The notes: generated by a model from the sequence alone, not told the origin. A stretch of 63,432 bases of DNA from an uncultured Acidobacteriota bacterium (GCA_963702425.1 CAVPCQ010000031.1:1-63432); one strand, 5' to 3'. Positions 22,081-31,302 are shown, counted from the stretch's first letter. Translations and numbers: made by a program.

Positions 22081-22629
22081 ATGGCGAACTGGACGATCCG
22101 GACGACGACGAAGCGGGCCGCGCTGGCCGCGACGATCCTCGCACTGCTCCTGGCGCTGGTCGCGCTGCCCGCTGTAGCGCAGGCGCCGCCGCTCCCGTCG
22201 GGCGACGAGCCGGGGGAGGGTCCCGGGGGGCCGGGCGGATTCGGCCCCGGCGGCCCCGGCGGCCCCGACTTCGAATGGTGGGGCTCGCCGCGTCTGAAGA
22301 CCCAGCTGGGCCTCAGCGCCGAGCAGGAGAAGGCGGTCGAATCGATCGTGTTCAGCGCGGGCGAGAAGATGATCGACGTGCGCGCGGCGATCGACAAGGC
22401 GCGGCTCGAGATGGCCCGCGTCTTGTCCGCCGCCACGATCGACGACGCGGCGGCGAAGAAGGCGATCGATCGGCTCGTCGACGCGGAGTGCACGGGTGCG
22501 CGCCTGCGCCACGCCTCGCGCATCGACGTGGCCAAGGTCCTCACGAAGGACCAGCGCGTCCAGCTGATGCAACTGATGGAGCGCCGCCAGCGCGACCGGC
22601 CGCGCGGCGAGCGTCCGCGCGCGCGGTAA
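22081..22629 (+). CDS. Periplasmic Spy/CpxP/heavy-metal-resistance family protein
   Basis: Signal peptide, Gly/Pro-rich linker, WW...LGLSAEQ and VLTKDQR (LTxxQ) motifs. Confidence 0.8.
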   Translation: MANWTIRTTTKRAALAATILALLLALVALPAVAQAPPLPSGDEPGEGPGGPGGFGPGGPGGPDFEWWGSPRLKTQLGLSAEQEKAVESIVFSAGEKMIDVRAAIDKARLEMARVLSAATIDDAAAKKAIDRLVDAECTGARLRHASRIDVAKVLTKDQRVQLMQLMERRQRDRPRGERPRAR

Positions 22630-22664
22630 CCGGCGGCGCGCCCGCCGGTCCCGAGCCGTGCATT

Positions 22665-22691
22665 CGGGCCGGCACAGAGGCCGGCCCCTAC
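22665..22691 (-). repeat. GTAG-type REP palindrome
   Basis: CGGGCCGGCACAGAGGCCGGCCCCTAC, 1 mismatch to the copies at 53256-53365; lies between convergent genes. Confidence 0.8.
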
Positions 22692-23341
22692 CGGGCGGCG
22701 GCGAGCTTCGCGAGGTCCATCGAGGAGGCGGCCGCCGCGAGTTCCTTCCCGGTCACGCCGTAGCCCTTCATCGTGACGCGGATCCGGCCGCCGGGGCAGA
22801 CCTGCAGAACGCTCGGCGCCCCGCCCGCGCCATCCGCAACGGCCGCCGGGAATCCGCCGATCTCCACGCGGCGCAGCGTCCATCCCGCGAACTCCGCCGT
22901 CTCGCCGGCGGCGGGAACCGGGATGATCTCCCCGAACTTCGGAAGCCCCGCGGGGTCGAGCAGCGTCACCTCGACGGTGCGCGCCGCACCGGTCGCGCCG
23001 TAGCGCGCAGTTGCGGTCGACAGCAAGATCGGCCCGAAGGGCTGCACTGACTTGTTCGATTCGGTCCGCGCAAGTCCCGCGACCTTCGCCGGGAGCGCGC
23101 GCTCGAGCACCTCGGGCGGCACCGGCTTGATCTTCGCGGCTTCGATCAGGTCGGGGCGCGAGGCAAGGTCAGGCGTCGCGAGGCTCTGCGCCTTCGGTGC
23201 GCTGTCGGCTTGGTCGCGCGACGCGGGGGGCGTCGACTGGCCGGACGAGGGCTGCGCGCGAACAGCGGGAAGCGCAGTCAGGCCGGCGAGGACCGACAGC
23301 GCGGCGGCGAGGGGAGCGGCGATCCTCTTCTTCAACATCAT
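22688..23341 (-). CDS. Hypothetical secreted protein
   Basis: Signal peptide MMLKKRIAAPLAAALSVLAGLTALPAVRA; co-oriented downstream of the TMTC-like gene. Confidence 0.65.
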   Translation of the reverse strand: MMLKKRIAAPLAAALSVLAGLTALPAVRAQPSSGQSTPPASRDQADSAPKAQSLATPDLASRPDLIEAAKIKPVPPEVLERALPAKVAGLARTESNKSVQPFGPILLSTATARYGATGAARTVEVTLLDPAGLPKFGEIIPVPAAGETAEFAGWTLRRVEIGGFPAAVADGAGGAPSVLQVCPGGRIRVTMKGYGVTGKELAAAASSMDLAKLAAAR

Positions 23342-23403
23342 GGCCGCGAGGTTCGCACGGACCGCTGCCGGGCGCACGGCTGCCGCAGCCGCGCGGGCCG
23401 GGA

Positions 23404-25587
23404 TCAGCGGGCGGCCTGCCGCCGCGCCTCTGCGAGCAGCGCCCGCGCCCGCTCGTCGTCCTGCAGCGCGAGCCCGCGCTCGAGCAGCGGAATCGCCTGC
23501 GCCGGCCGGCCCAGGAGCATCAGGCTGCGCCCCAGGTTGAAGAGCGTCGGAACGTGGTCCGGGTTGGCCGTCAGCAGCGCCGCAAACGCGGCCGCCGCCT
23601 CCTCGTACTTGCCGTCCTTGTCGAACTGCATCGCGGCACTGAAGCGGCTGCGCAGCACGTTCTGGTCCATGGCAGCCGCCTGACGGAAGGCCGCGGCGGC
23701 CGATTCCGGGCGTCCGGCCCGCGCGAAGACCTCTCCCGCGGTCCAGGTCCCCTCGGCCCTCAGTGCGCCGCTGTCGATCCCGCGTTGCGCGAGTTCGATC
23801 GCCTCCTCCGCCCGCCCCTCGAGCATCCGCTTCTGCGCCAGTCGGACCAGCGCCCGCGCCTGGAGCGCCGCCACGCCCGGCTCCTGGGGCATCAGCTCCC
23901 GGGCCTTGGCGAGCGAGCGCAGAGCGGCCTCGAACTGGCCGTCCTCCAGCTCCGCCTCGCCGAGGCCCGCGTACAGGATCCCGAGATCGACGGGCGCGGT
24001 CCGGATCGCCTCGCGGTAGGCCTTGGCCGACTCGCCGAAGTGGCCGAGGCGCTTCTCGGCCAGCGCCAGGCTGCGCCAGATCCGCGGCTGGCGGCTCTCG
24101 ACCGCGAGCGACTTCCGGATCGCCTCGGCGGCCGCGGCGTGCTCCGCCTTCGCCGCTTCGGCCTGTCCCTTGGACTCCAGGTCCTGGGCCCGTTTCGCGT
24201 GCGCGAGCCCGATCTCGTACCAGGCCCGCGCGTTGTCCGGGTACCAGCGCAGCGAGGCCTGCGCCAGGGCTTCGGTCGACCGCCAGTCACCCACGCGGTT
24301 CATCGTCAGGACGAGAAACACGAGCACGATCCCGGTCGTGATGATCCGGCCCGCGCGCACTCCCGCGGCGCCCGTGGCATACCGCGTCAGCAGCCAGCTC
24401 ACGCCAAGCACGAAGCCCGCGAGCGGCAGGTAGAGGAAGCGCTCGGCGTAGAGCACTCCGGCCACGCTGACCGTGTTGAGCGACGGGGCGAGCGGGAACA
24501 GGAAGAGCGCTACCGCGAGCGCCGGGACCGGGTCGAGGCGGCGCGCGACGGCGCGCACGGCCCACGCCACGAGCAGGCCCACCAGCAGCATCCCGGCGAG
24601 AGCGCGGGGTTCGAGGAAGCCCCGGACGATCGCCACCGTCCCGGCGCCATAGAAGTAGTCGTGGGCGACGGGAAAGACCATGAACCGAGCGGAGACGACG
24701 ACCAGCCACAGTGCCGTCGCGAGCCGCACGCCGAGGGGCTGGTCGAACAGCGGCTGGTCGCCGTCGCCCAGCATCGGCACGCCGCCGAGCGCCCCCATCA
24801 GCGCGTAGCGCAGGCCCAGGTAGCCGACGAGGAGCGCAACGGACAGCCCCAGGACCAGCGTCTGGCGTCGTTCGTCGGCGCGTACGGTGCGGCCGGTGGC
24901 GCGGAACGCCAGGTCGGTGACCGCGAGGATGAACGGGAACGAGACCGCGTACTCCTTGCTGAGCATCCCGGCCCCGACGAGGGCCAGGGCCCCCGCCTCC
25001 CAGGCCCACGGGGACGCCTTGCTGCCGGCGAGAAGGTGAAGGATCAGGGCGCCGATCAGCGCCGCCGCCGCCATCATGTCGGCGCGGCCGACGATCGACG
25101 AGACGGCTTCCGTTGCCACGGGGTGGACCGCGAACAGCGCGCCGGCCGCGAGCGCCCACGGGCTGCCGGCCAGGAGCAACGCCACCAGCAGAGTGACCAG
25201 CACGGCGGTCCCGGCGTGGAGCAGCATGTCGGTGACGTGATAGACCTGTGGCGCGTTGCCGAACGCCCGGGCCTCGATCGCATAGGTCAGGGACACCAGT
25301 GGGCGGTAGGAGCGCGTGCCGTAGCTGGCGTCGGCCGGGACCCCCCAGAAATCGTTCGTGAGGAGCCCGGAAAGGGGCTTTTCCTGGACGATCGGGTTGA
25401 GCGTCACGGCCCGTATCGCGTCGCTGATGATGGGTTTCGGGGCGAGCATCAGGTAGGCGAAGAAGGCCAGCGCGGCGATCGCGGCGAGCGCCTTCCAGGA
25501 CGGAAGAGGCGGAGAAAGCGGCGGCGGCGCGGCCGGATCAGGCAGCGGCGACCCCTCTCGTGACGCGCTGGAACGACGCTTCGACAT
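23404..25587 (-). CDS. Second TMTC-like (DUF1736) membrane protein with a long TPR tail
   Basis: NDFWG...SYRPL, YHVTDMLLH, LFAVHPVATEAVSSIVGRAD, MLSKE, YAERFLYLP, WRSTEAL, multiple TPRs. Confidence 0.85.
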   Translation of the reverse strand: MSKRRSSASREGSPLPDPAAPPPLSPPLPSWKALAAIAALAFFAYLMLAPKPIISDAIRAVTLNPIVQEKPLSGLLTNDFWGVPADASYGTRSYRPLVSLTYAIEARAFGNAPQVYHVTDMLLHAGTAVLVTLLVALLLAGSPWALAAGALFAVHPVATEAVSSIVGRADMMAAAALIGALILHLLAGSKASPWAWEAGALALVGAGMLSKEYAVSFPFILAVTDLAFRATGRTVRADERRQTLVLGLSVALLVGYLGLRYALMGALGGVPMLGDGDQPLFDQPLGVRLATALWLVVVSARFMVFPVAHDYFYGAGTVAIVRGFLEPRALAGMLLVGLLVAWAVRAVARRLDPVPALAVALFLFPLAPSLNTVSVAGVLYAERFLYLPLAGFVLGVSWLLTRYATGAAGVRAGRIITTGIVLVFLVLTMNRVGDWRSTEALAQASLRWYPDNARAWYEIGLAHAKRAQDLESKGQAEAAKAEHAAAAEAIRKSLAVESRQPRIWRSLALAEKRLGHFGESAKAYREAIRTAPVDLGILYAGLGEAELEDGQFEAALRSLAKARELMPQEPGVAALQARALVRLAQKRMLEGRAEEAIELAQRGIDSGALRAEGTWTAGEVFARAGRPESAAAAFRQAAAMDQNVLRSRFSAAMQFDKDGKYEEAAAAFAALLTANPDHVPTLFNLGRSLMLLGRPAQAIPLLERGLALQDDERARALLAEARRQAAR

Positions 25588-25673
25588 GATGGCGGGAAAC
25601 CCGATGCTAGCCCGAATCCGCGCCACGCGCCGCGCGGCCGGGGGCCGAAGGGCAGAAAACCGCCGCCAGACCC

Positions 25674-25731
25674 AAAAAAAACGCGTTTCCCGCTTGAATC
25701 TCCCGCGCGGGTAATGCTACCTATAAGCATT
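25674..25731 (+). promoter_or_regulatory. Candidate promoter region of the histone gene
   Basis: A8 tract, TTGAAT (25694-99), AT-rich segment with TATAAG, inverted repeat AATGCT-N7-AGCATT (25713-25731); -35/-10 spacing is not canonical. Confidence 0.45.
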
Positions 25732-25793
25732 GCTTTCGCGTGTGCGGCGCGCGACGTGCCGCCGGATCGTCGAAAGAAGAGGAGCCGAGACAC

Positions 25794-26030
25794 ATGGCGA
25801 AGAAGGCTGCCAAGAAGACCGCCGCGCCGAAGACCGGCAAGGCGAAGGCCGTCGAAATGCTGCTCGTGATGAGCAAGGTCAAGGGCGCCCTCCGCGACCA
25901 CGGGATGAACGTTGCGTCCGACGCCCCCGAGGCGCTGAACAAGGTGCTGTACGACCTCTGCGTGCGGGCAGCGAAGCTCGCCCAGGCCAACGGCCGCAAG
26001 ACCATCCGCCCCTACGATTTCTACGTCTGA
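25794..26030 (+). CDS. Bacterial histone (alpha3 / Bd0055-like histone fold) with Lys/Ala-rich N-terminal tail, 78 aa
   Basis: MAKKAAKKTAAPKTGKAKA + VEMLLVMSKVKGALRDHGMNVASDAPEALNKVLYDLCVRAAKLAQANGRKTIRPYDF: LVxSKVK in alpha1, MNxxxD loop 1, long alpha2, GRKTI-xxx-D loop 2; GAGGAG RBS. Confidence 0.9.
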   Translation: MAKKAAKKTAAPKTGKAKAVEMLLVMSKVKGALRDHGMNVASDAPEALNKVLYDLCVRAAKLAQANGRKTIRPYDFYV

Positions 26031-26044
26031 GGCAGGGGTCTTGA

Positions 26045-26068
26045 GGGGGCGGCCGAAAGGCCGCCCCC
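26045..26068 (+). terminator. Hairpin terminator after the histone gene (possibly bidirectional)
   Basis: GGGGGCGGCC-GAAA-GGCCGCCCCC perfect 10-bp stem, followed by AGCGTTTT; between convergent genes. Confidence 0.75.
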
Positions 26069-26106
26069 AGCGTTTTCGGCCCGCAGGCGCCCGTTTGGGG
26101 CGCCCG

Positions 26107-27195
26107 TCAGGACGCCGTCACCTCCGCGAATCGCTGGAAGAGGTAGCGCAGTCGCGCCCGGTCCGCGGGCAGGACCAGGAACGAGTCCGCCGTGCCGGCG
26201 CGGGCCGCGCGGACGAGGTCGATCGTCGGCCGGTCGGAGCAGGCGACCACCAGCCCGGCGCGGCGCTTCGCGATCGCCGACTCCAGCCGTGACCGCAGGT
26301 CGATCGGTGAGCGACTGACTACGAACAGGGCACTGGCCTGCTGGCCGGCGCCTCCCGAGGAGTAGACCGGGAGCAGCTGGCACCCCGCTTCGGCGAGTGT
26401 CGCCCGCAGAGCCGCCATCGCGCGGTCCGAAGGATTCCCGACGACCTGCACCTTGATTCCCCGCGGGATCTCCGACATCGGGCTCGCTGGATCGTGCGGG
26501 AGGGAAGCCGCCGCGGAGGCACCGTCCGGCTCGACCCGCTCCGCGCCGCCGTCCCCCTTCTCCTCGGCGAGAACCTCGTTGGTGTCGACATCCTCTCCGG
26601 GGGCCAGACGGATCGGTCCTTCGCTGCGATCGCTCGACCCCAGGAGCAGCGCACCGGACTCGGCTCCCTCGATCGTGAGCCGGAAGCCGAGCACGTCCCA
26701 CGGCAGCCCGCGGTCGATCTCCCCGACCAGTGCCGGCCAGGCGCCGGGGGTGAGCCGGCGCACGTCGTCCCCGCGGCTGAAGGCCTGCGTTCCCTCCGGA
26801 GCGCGGGAGCGGACGATCTTCCCGGCGCTGCCGGCGACGATCCCCGCGACCTCTCCGATCGCGTCGCGCAGCACCTCCGGCACCTCGCCGGAGGCCAGGA
26901 CCTCGCGGGCCTGTTCGGCATTCATCAGGCTGAAGGCGGCCCCGGTCGCGACCGCGGCGGGAAGGTCGAGCGCGAGGAACATCGGCAGCGGTCCCCCGTC
27001 CGCATCCACGAACGGGAAGACGAACAGCTCGCGGCCGCCGAAGAGCCCCGGCAGTTCGGCGTGGTCAGCAGGCAGTGCTTCGAGCTGCACCGGCCGGCCG
27101 ACCAGCGCTTCCAGCGATTCCCGCAGCAGCCCGGCGAGCGCCTCGGTCTCGCTGCGCAACACGCGCGCGAGGATGCTGGGCGGGGCCTTGTCCAC
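26107..27195 (-). CDS. CheC/CheX-like domain plus degenerate receiver-like domain
   Basis: GTG start with GGAG RBS; LEALVGRPVQL, DAIGEVAGIVAG (CheC/X-like); C-terminal beta/alpha pattern ending AARAGTADSFLVLP. Confidence 0.55.
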   Translation of the reverse strand: MDKAPPSILARVLRSETEALAGLLRESLEALVGRPVQLEALPADHAELPGLFGGRELFVFPFVDADGGPLPMFLALDLPAAVATGAAFSLMNAEQAREVLASGEVPEVLRDAIGEVAGIVAGSAGKIVRSRAPEGTQAFSRGDDVRRLTPGAWPALVGEIDRGLPWDVLGFRLTIEGAESGALLLGSSDRSEGPIRLAPGEDVDTNEVLAEEKGDGGAERVEPDGASAAASLPHDPASPMSEIPRGIKVQVVGNPSDRAMAALRATLAEAGCQLLPVYSSGGAGQQASALFVVSRSPIDLRSRLESAIAKRRAGLVVACSDRPTIDLVRAARAGTADSFLVLPADRARLRYLFQRFAEVTAS

Positions 27196-27334
27196 GCGAT
27201 CGCTCCGCGAGGCTCGCCGGCGCCGCGCCGGCGGAGGCCTCCTCGAAGGTCGTTTCGGACGGGCAGGGGGTTGCTTGAGCGGGGGCGACCGAGAAGCGCC
27301 GGAGTCCGGCGCGGGGGCGCGGTCGGCGGCAGCG

Positions 27335-27353
27335 CCCGGCAATTTCTGCCGGG
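27335..27353. promoter_or_regulatory. Candidate enhancer (UAS) palindrome
   Basis: CCCGGCA-ATTTC-TGCCGGG, ~110 bp upstream of a sigma54 site; related copies at 28952 and 41627. Confidence 0.55.
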
Positions 27354-27452
27354 GGGAAGCGGTCGCTGCCGCCTGGATCGGCCCGCTGCCGGGGCCGCAC
27401 CGCGAGAAGGCCGGAACGGCGAGCCTGCGGCGGCCCGCGCGGGCGCGTACGT

Positions 27453-27468
27453 CGGCACGCTCCTTGCC
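27453..27468 (+). promoter_or_regulatory. sigma54 promoter (fliK)
   Basis: CGGCACGCTCCTTGCC; GG-N10-GC. Confidence 0.7.
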
Positions 27469-27482
27469 TTTGCCTTCGTGCC

Positions 27483-28949
27483 ATGCGTGTCGACCCCATT
27501 CCGATCGCGCCCCCCGTGCACCCGTCCGAAGCCGGCCCCGCGCGGGGCGGCGAGACTGCGTCACGGGCAGCCGCCCCGGGCCAAGGCTTCGAGAGCGCGA
27601 TCGACGCCGCCGAACGGACCGGGGGTGCGGAAGCCCGGCGCGGGGAGACGCGCGAGACGCGCGAGAAGCACGCCGCCAACCGGGAGAGGCCGGCGACCGA
27701 ACGGGCGCATGCCGGGCCGGAACAGGCGGACCCGCCGCCGCCATCCGTCGCCGCAGCGTCCGGTGCCACACCGGAGCAGGCCGCACTCCAGGCGGCTCCG
27801 AGCCTACGCCTGCGCGGTCACGCCGCGCCGTTGGCGCGGCGCGGCGCGCTGCCCGGAGCGGTGGGTGCGCCCGAGTCCGGTGCCGTGCGCGCCACCGGCG
27901 CCGCCGGCGAAGCGCCCGTCGACGCGTCGCGCGAACGCTCCGCGCGCACGACCGCCCCGGCCGTGCTCGCGGCGATCCGGGGCGAGAGCTGGCGCGGTAC
28001 GGAGCCCGGCGTGCTCGGTGCAGATGCGAGGCCGAGGCAGGCGGCCCGGGCCGAGGGGAGTTCCGCGGACGCCGCGCTCGGCGACGCTGCCACGGCGAAC
28101 GCAACGCTACGGGCCCGAATGGCCGGAACGCTTCTCGACGGGACACGCCATGCGTCCGGCTCCGCCGCCGCGCCCGGGACGGCGGCAGCGGCGCGCGCGG
28201 ATGCCGCGCCCGCTGCAGGCCCGGCCCCGGATGCAGCGCGGCGCGCCGAGCGTGACACTTCTTCCCAGCCGGATGCGGCCGCGCCCGCGAACGACACGCA
28301 CGCCGCGGGTGAAGCGCGGGCGCCGGCGCGCGCGACGGCGAGCCCGGCGGCGGGAGACGATGCCGGCGGCGCGCAGGGGAACGCGCGCCGTTTCGCGACG
28401 CGGGCGGAGGACGCGGCCCTGGCCGGGGGCGCCGCGCGCAGCGGCCCGACCGGCGCGGCCGGCAGCGCGGCCGCTGTCCCGGGTGCCGCCCGCGGAGCGT
28501 CCGCGGCGATCGTCGAGCAGGTCGCGACCCGTCTCGCGCAGGCAGTTCCCGGGGGGGCGGTCACGATCCAGCTGGAGCCTGCCGACCAGGGTCGCGTGCA
28601 TGTCACCTTCCGCTGGAGCGGCCGCGAGCTGACGGTGCGGGTCGCCGCGGAGCAGGGCGAGGTGGCGGCGCTGCTCGCCGCGGACCTCGGCAAGCTCGAG
28701 ACTTCCCTGTCACGCCTCGCCGACCCGGTGAAGGTCGAGGTCCCGGTCGACGGCTTCGCCGACCCGCGCTCCGGCGCCGGCGGCGGTCAGCACGGCGCCC
28801 CGGCCGGCGAGCGCGCTCCCGACGGCTCGCCTGCGGCGCGACGCGACGGTGCGGAGCCGCGCCCGGAGCGGCGCGGGCTCCCGTCCGGCCCCGACCCCGC
28901 GCGCCGCGGCACTCCGGCGGGCGCCGCGCGGCTGGACGTTCTCACCTAG
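27483..28949 (+). CDS. fliK: Flagellar hook-length control protein
   Basis: Low-complexity Ala-rich N-terminus; C-terminal VTIQLEPADQGRVHV...L..L..SL domain; upstream of flgD. Confidence 0.75.
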   Translation: MRVDPIPIAPPVHPSEAGPARGGETASRAAAPGQGFESAIDAAERTGGAEARRGETRETREKHAANRERPATERAHAGPEQADPPPPSVAAASGATPEQAALQAAPSLRLRGHAAPLARRGALPGAVGAPESGAVRATGAAGEAPVDASRERSARTTAPAVLAAIRGESWRGTEPGVLGADARPRQAARAEGSSADAALGDAATANATLRARMAGTLLDGTRHASGSAAAPGTAAAARADAAPAAGPAPDAARRAERDTSSQPDAAAPANDTHAAGEARAPARATASPAAGDDAGGAQGNARRFATRAEDAALAGGAARSGPTGAAGSAAAVPGAARGASAAIVEQVATRLAQAVPGGAVTIQLEPADQGRVHVTFRWSGRELTVRVAAEQGEVAALLAADLGKLETSLSRLADPVKVEVPVDGFADPRSGAGGGQHGAPAGERAPDGSPAARRDGAEPRPERRGLPSGPDPARRGTPAGAARLDVLT

Positions 28950-29018
28950 CACCCGGCAATTCCTTCCCACCGCGCGCGCGCGGCCCCGCCGATCCCCCGC
29001 TCTCCGCACCGTCGACGC

Positions 29019-29034
29019 TGGCACGCCCGTTGCT
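29019..29034 (+). promoter_or_regulatory. sigma54 promoter (flgDE)
   Basis: TGGCACGCCCGTTGCT, near-perfect -24/-12 consensus. Confidence 0.85.
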
Positions 29035-29061
29035 CTTCACCTCCGCGAGGAGAAACAAAGT

Positions 29062-29760
29062 ATGGACAGCGGTGCCAACGTCCTGCTCGACCCCAACGTC
29101 TACCGCGTCGTCCAGGGGGACAACCCCTACGCGACGGGGAGCGAGTCGCTCGGCCGGAACGACTTCATCAGGCTGCTGGTCACGCAGCTCGAGAACCAGA
29201 ATCCACTCGATCCGCCCAAGGACACGGAGTTCGTCGCGCAGCTCGCGACCTTCTCCAGCCTCGAGCAGCTGATCGACCTCAACCAGCGGATCGACGCCGT
29301 GGCGCAGGGGCAGGCGCAACTGGTCAACAGCCAGTCGCTGAACCTCGTCGGCAAGGCGGTGCTCGCGCCAGGCGACGGGAAGATCCGGCTGGGCGAGGGG
29401 GGCGCGGACCGGATCGTCTACGACGCGCCGGACGGCACCGCGCAGGTCAAGATCGAGATCTTCGACAGCTCCGGCGCGATGGTCCGCACGCTCGACGGGT
29501 CGGCCGGTGCGGGGCGCCAGAGCGCGACCTGGGACGGCCATGACGAGGCCGGGACCGCGCTCGCGACGGGGACCTACTCGTACCGCGTGCGCGCGATTGG
29601 GAGCGACGGCAGCGAGAAGCTCCTGCCCGGCATGGTGAAGCTGACGGTGGACGGGATCCACCTCGGCGAGGACGGACTGTCCCTGATCTGCGGCGATCGG
29701 CTGATTCCGTTCGACCAGGTGGCGGAGATCCTCCGCGCCGACGACGAAGCGACGAACTGA
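29062..29760 (+). CDS. flgD: Flagellar hook cap protein
   Basis: LGRNDFIRLLVTQLENQNPLDP...FVAQLATFSSLEQ; Ig-like WDG domain. Confidence 0.95.
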   Translation: MDSGANVLLDPNVYRVVQGDNPYATGSESLGRNDFIRLLVTQLENQNPLDPPKDTEFVAQLATFSSLEQLIDLNQRIDAVAQGQAQLVNSQSLNLVGKAVLAPGDGKIRLGEGGADRIVYDAPDGTAQVKIEIFDSSGAMVRTLDGSAGAGRQSATWDGHDEAGTALATGTYSYRVRAIGSDGSEKLLPGMVKLTVDGIHLGEDGLSLICGDRLIPFDQVAEILRADDEATN

Positions 29761-29794
29761 CGCAGCTGGGCGAAAAGACGAGGAGAACGGGACG

Positions 29795-31144
29795 ATGGGT
29801 GCGAGTGCCTTCTACGCGGGACTCACGGGGCTGAACGCCAACGCGGCGGCCCTGGCCACGATCGGCAACAACCTTGCGAACACCAACACGATCGGGTTCA
29901 AGACGGGGCGGACCAACTTCGCCCAGCTGTTCGCGCCCGGCGCAGCGGCGGTCAACGGCGCCGGCGTGCCGCAGCAGATCGGCCTCGGCGTGACCGTGTC
30001 GGGCGTCCAGACGCTGTTCACCGCCGGCTCGCTGCAGCCGACCGACGTCGTCACCGACATGGCGCTGCAGGGGGGCGGGTTCTTCACGCTCGAGACGCAG
30101 GAAGGGCTGTCGGTCTTCTCCCGGGCCGGCAACTTCTCCTTCAACTCCCAGGGAAACCTGGTCAACGACAACGGCTTCCGCGTCCAGGGCTACACGCAGA
30201 AGGACGCGGACGGCAAGGTCGTCACGACCGGCGTGCCGCAGGACATCGTGATCCCGGCCGGGCTGACCGCGCCGCCGCAGGCCTCGGGCTACTTCCAGGC
30301 CTCGATGAACCTCCAGAACGGCGCGACCCAGCCGTTCGTCACCGGGATCAACGTCTTCGACTCGCTCGGCGCGCAGCACGACGTCACGCTGGTGATGACG
30401 CCCACCTCCTTCGCGCCGACCGGCGCGGTGTGGGGCTGGGAGGCGCGGGTGCCCGCGGCCGACATCGCGGGCGCCCCGACCGGGCCGACCGACCCCGAGT
30501 ACATCGTCGTCGCCACCGGCACGATGACCTTCGACGGCAACGGCCAGCTGGTCGCGAACACGATGACCGGCTGGACGCCGCCGACGACCGAGACCCCGCC
30601 GATCTACGACCTGCCGCTGGTCTTCGACGCCGCCAACAACACCGGCTGGGCGAACGGCGCTTCGGCCCAGACCGTGACCTGGAACGTCGTCGACCCGAAC
30701 ATCGCCGCGCCCCAGCGCGTCGGCCTGATCACCGGCTACGACGCCCCATCGGAGATGGATGGCCTGTCCACGGACGGTTACGGCGTCGGGCAGCTGCAGA
30801 GCCTGGCGGTCAGCGCCGACGGGCTGATCGCGGGCGTCTTCACCAACGGCCAGACGCTCGAGCTGGGCCAGCTCGCGGTCGCCTCGTTCAACAACTCGGC
30901 CGGGCTGCAGAACTACTACGGCAACACCTACATCTCATCCCTCGGGTCGGGTCCGCCGGCCCTGGGGATCGCCGGGACCGGCGGCCGGGGCACGGTCGTC
31001 TCCAAGGCGCTCGAGCTGTCGAACGTCGACATCACCGACCAGTTCACCCAGATGATCGTCGCCGAGCGCGGCTACCAGGCGAACACCAAGATCATCACCA
31101 CGATGGACCAGTTGGCGCAGGAGACGATCAACATCAAGCGCTAG
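29795..31144 (+). CDS. flgE: Flagellar hook protein
   Basis: IGNNLANTNTIGFK, SRAGNF, LELSNVDITDQFTQMIVAERGYQAN. Confidence 0.95.
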   Translation: MGASAFYAGLTGLNANAAALATIGNNLANTNTIGFKTGRTNFAQLFAPGAAAVNGAGVPQQIGLGVTVSGVQTLFTAGSLQPTDVVTDMALQGGGFFTLETQEGLSVFSRAGNFSFNSQGNLVNDNGFRVQGYTQKDADGKVVTTGVPQDIVIPAGLTAPPQASGYFQASMNLQNGATQPFVTGINVFDSLGAQHDVTLVMTPTSFAPTGAVWGWEARVPAADIAGAPTGPTDPEYIVVATGTMTFDGNGQLVANTMTGWTPPTTETPPIYDLPLVFDAANNTGWANGASAQTVTWNVVDPNIAAPQRVGLITGYDAPSEMDGLSTDGYGVGQLQSLAVSADGLIAGVFTNGQTLELGQLAVASFNNSAGLQNYYGNTYISSLGSGPPALGIAGTGGRGTVVSKALELSNVDITDQFTQMIVAERGYQANTKIITTMDQLAQETINIKR

Positions 31145-31286
31145 CCGGAAAAAACGGAGGGGCCGGGCGGCGCGCCGTCAAACATCCGACGGGGCGCCGC
31201 CGGCACCCCGCCGGGAAACCCCGGTCCGGTTTCCGGACAATCGTCGCAACTGTCGTCCGATCAGTCGGATAGCCGCGCCCTCCGCG

Positions 31287-31302
31287 CGGCACACGGCTTG
31301 CT
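31287..31302 (+). promoter_or_regulatory. sigma54 promoter (fliN-fliO-fliP operon)
   Basis: CGGCACACGGCTTGCT; GG-N10-GC. Confidence 0.75.

Noticed and set aside
25730-26044. Alternative overlapping ORFs at the histone locus (104 aa plus strand, 94 aa minus strand)
   Set aside because: No RBS or motif support; the 25794 start has a GAGGAG RBS and a recognisable fold
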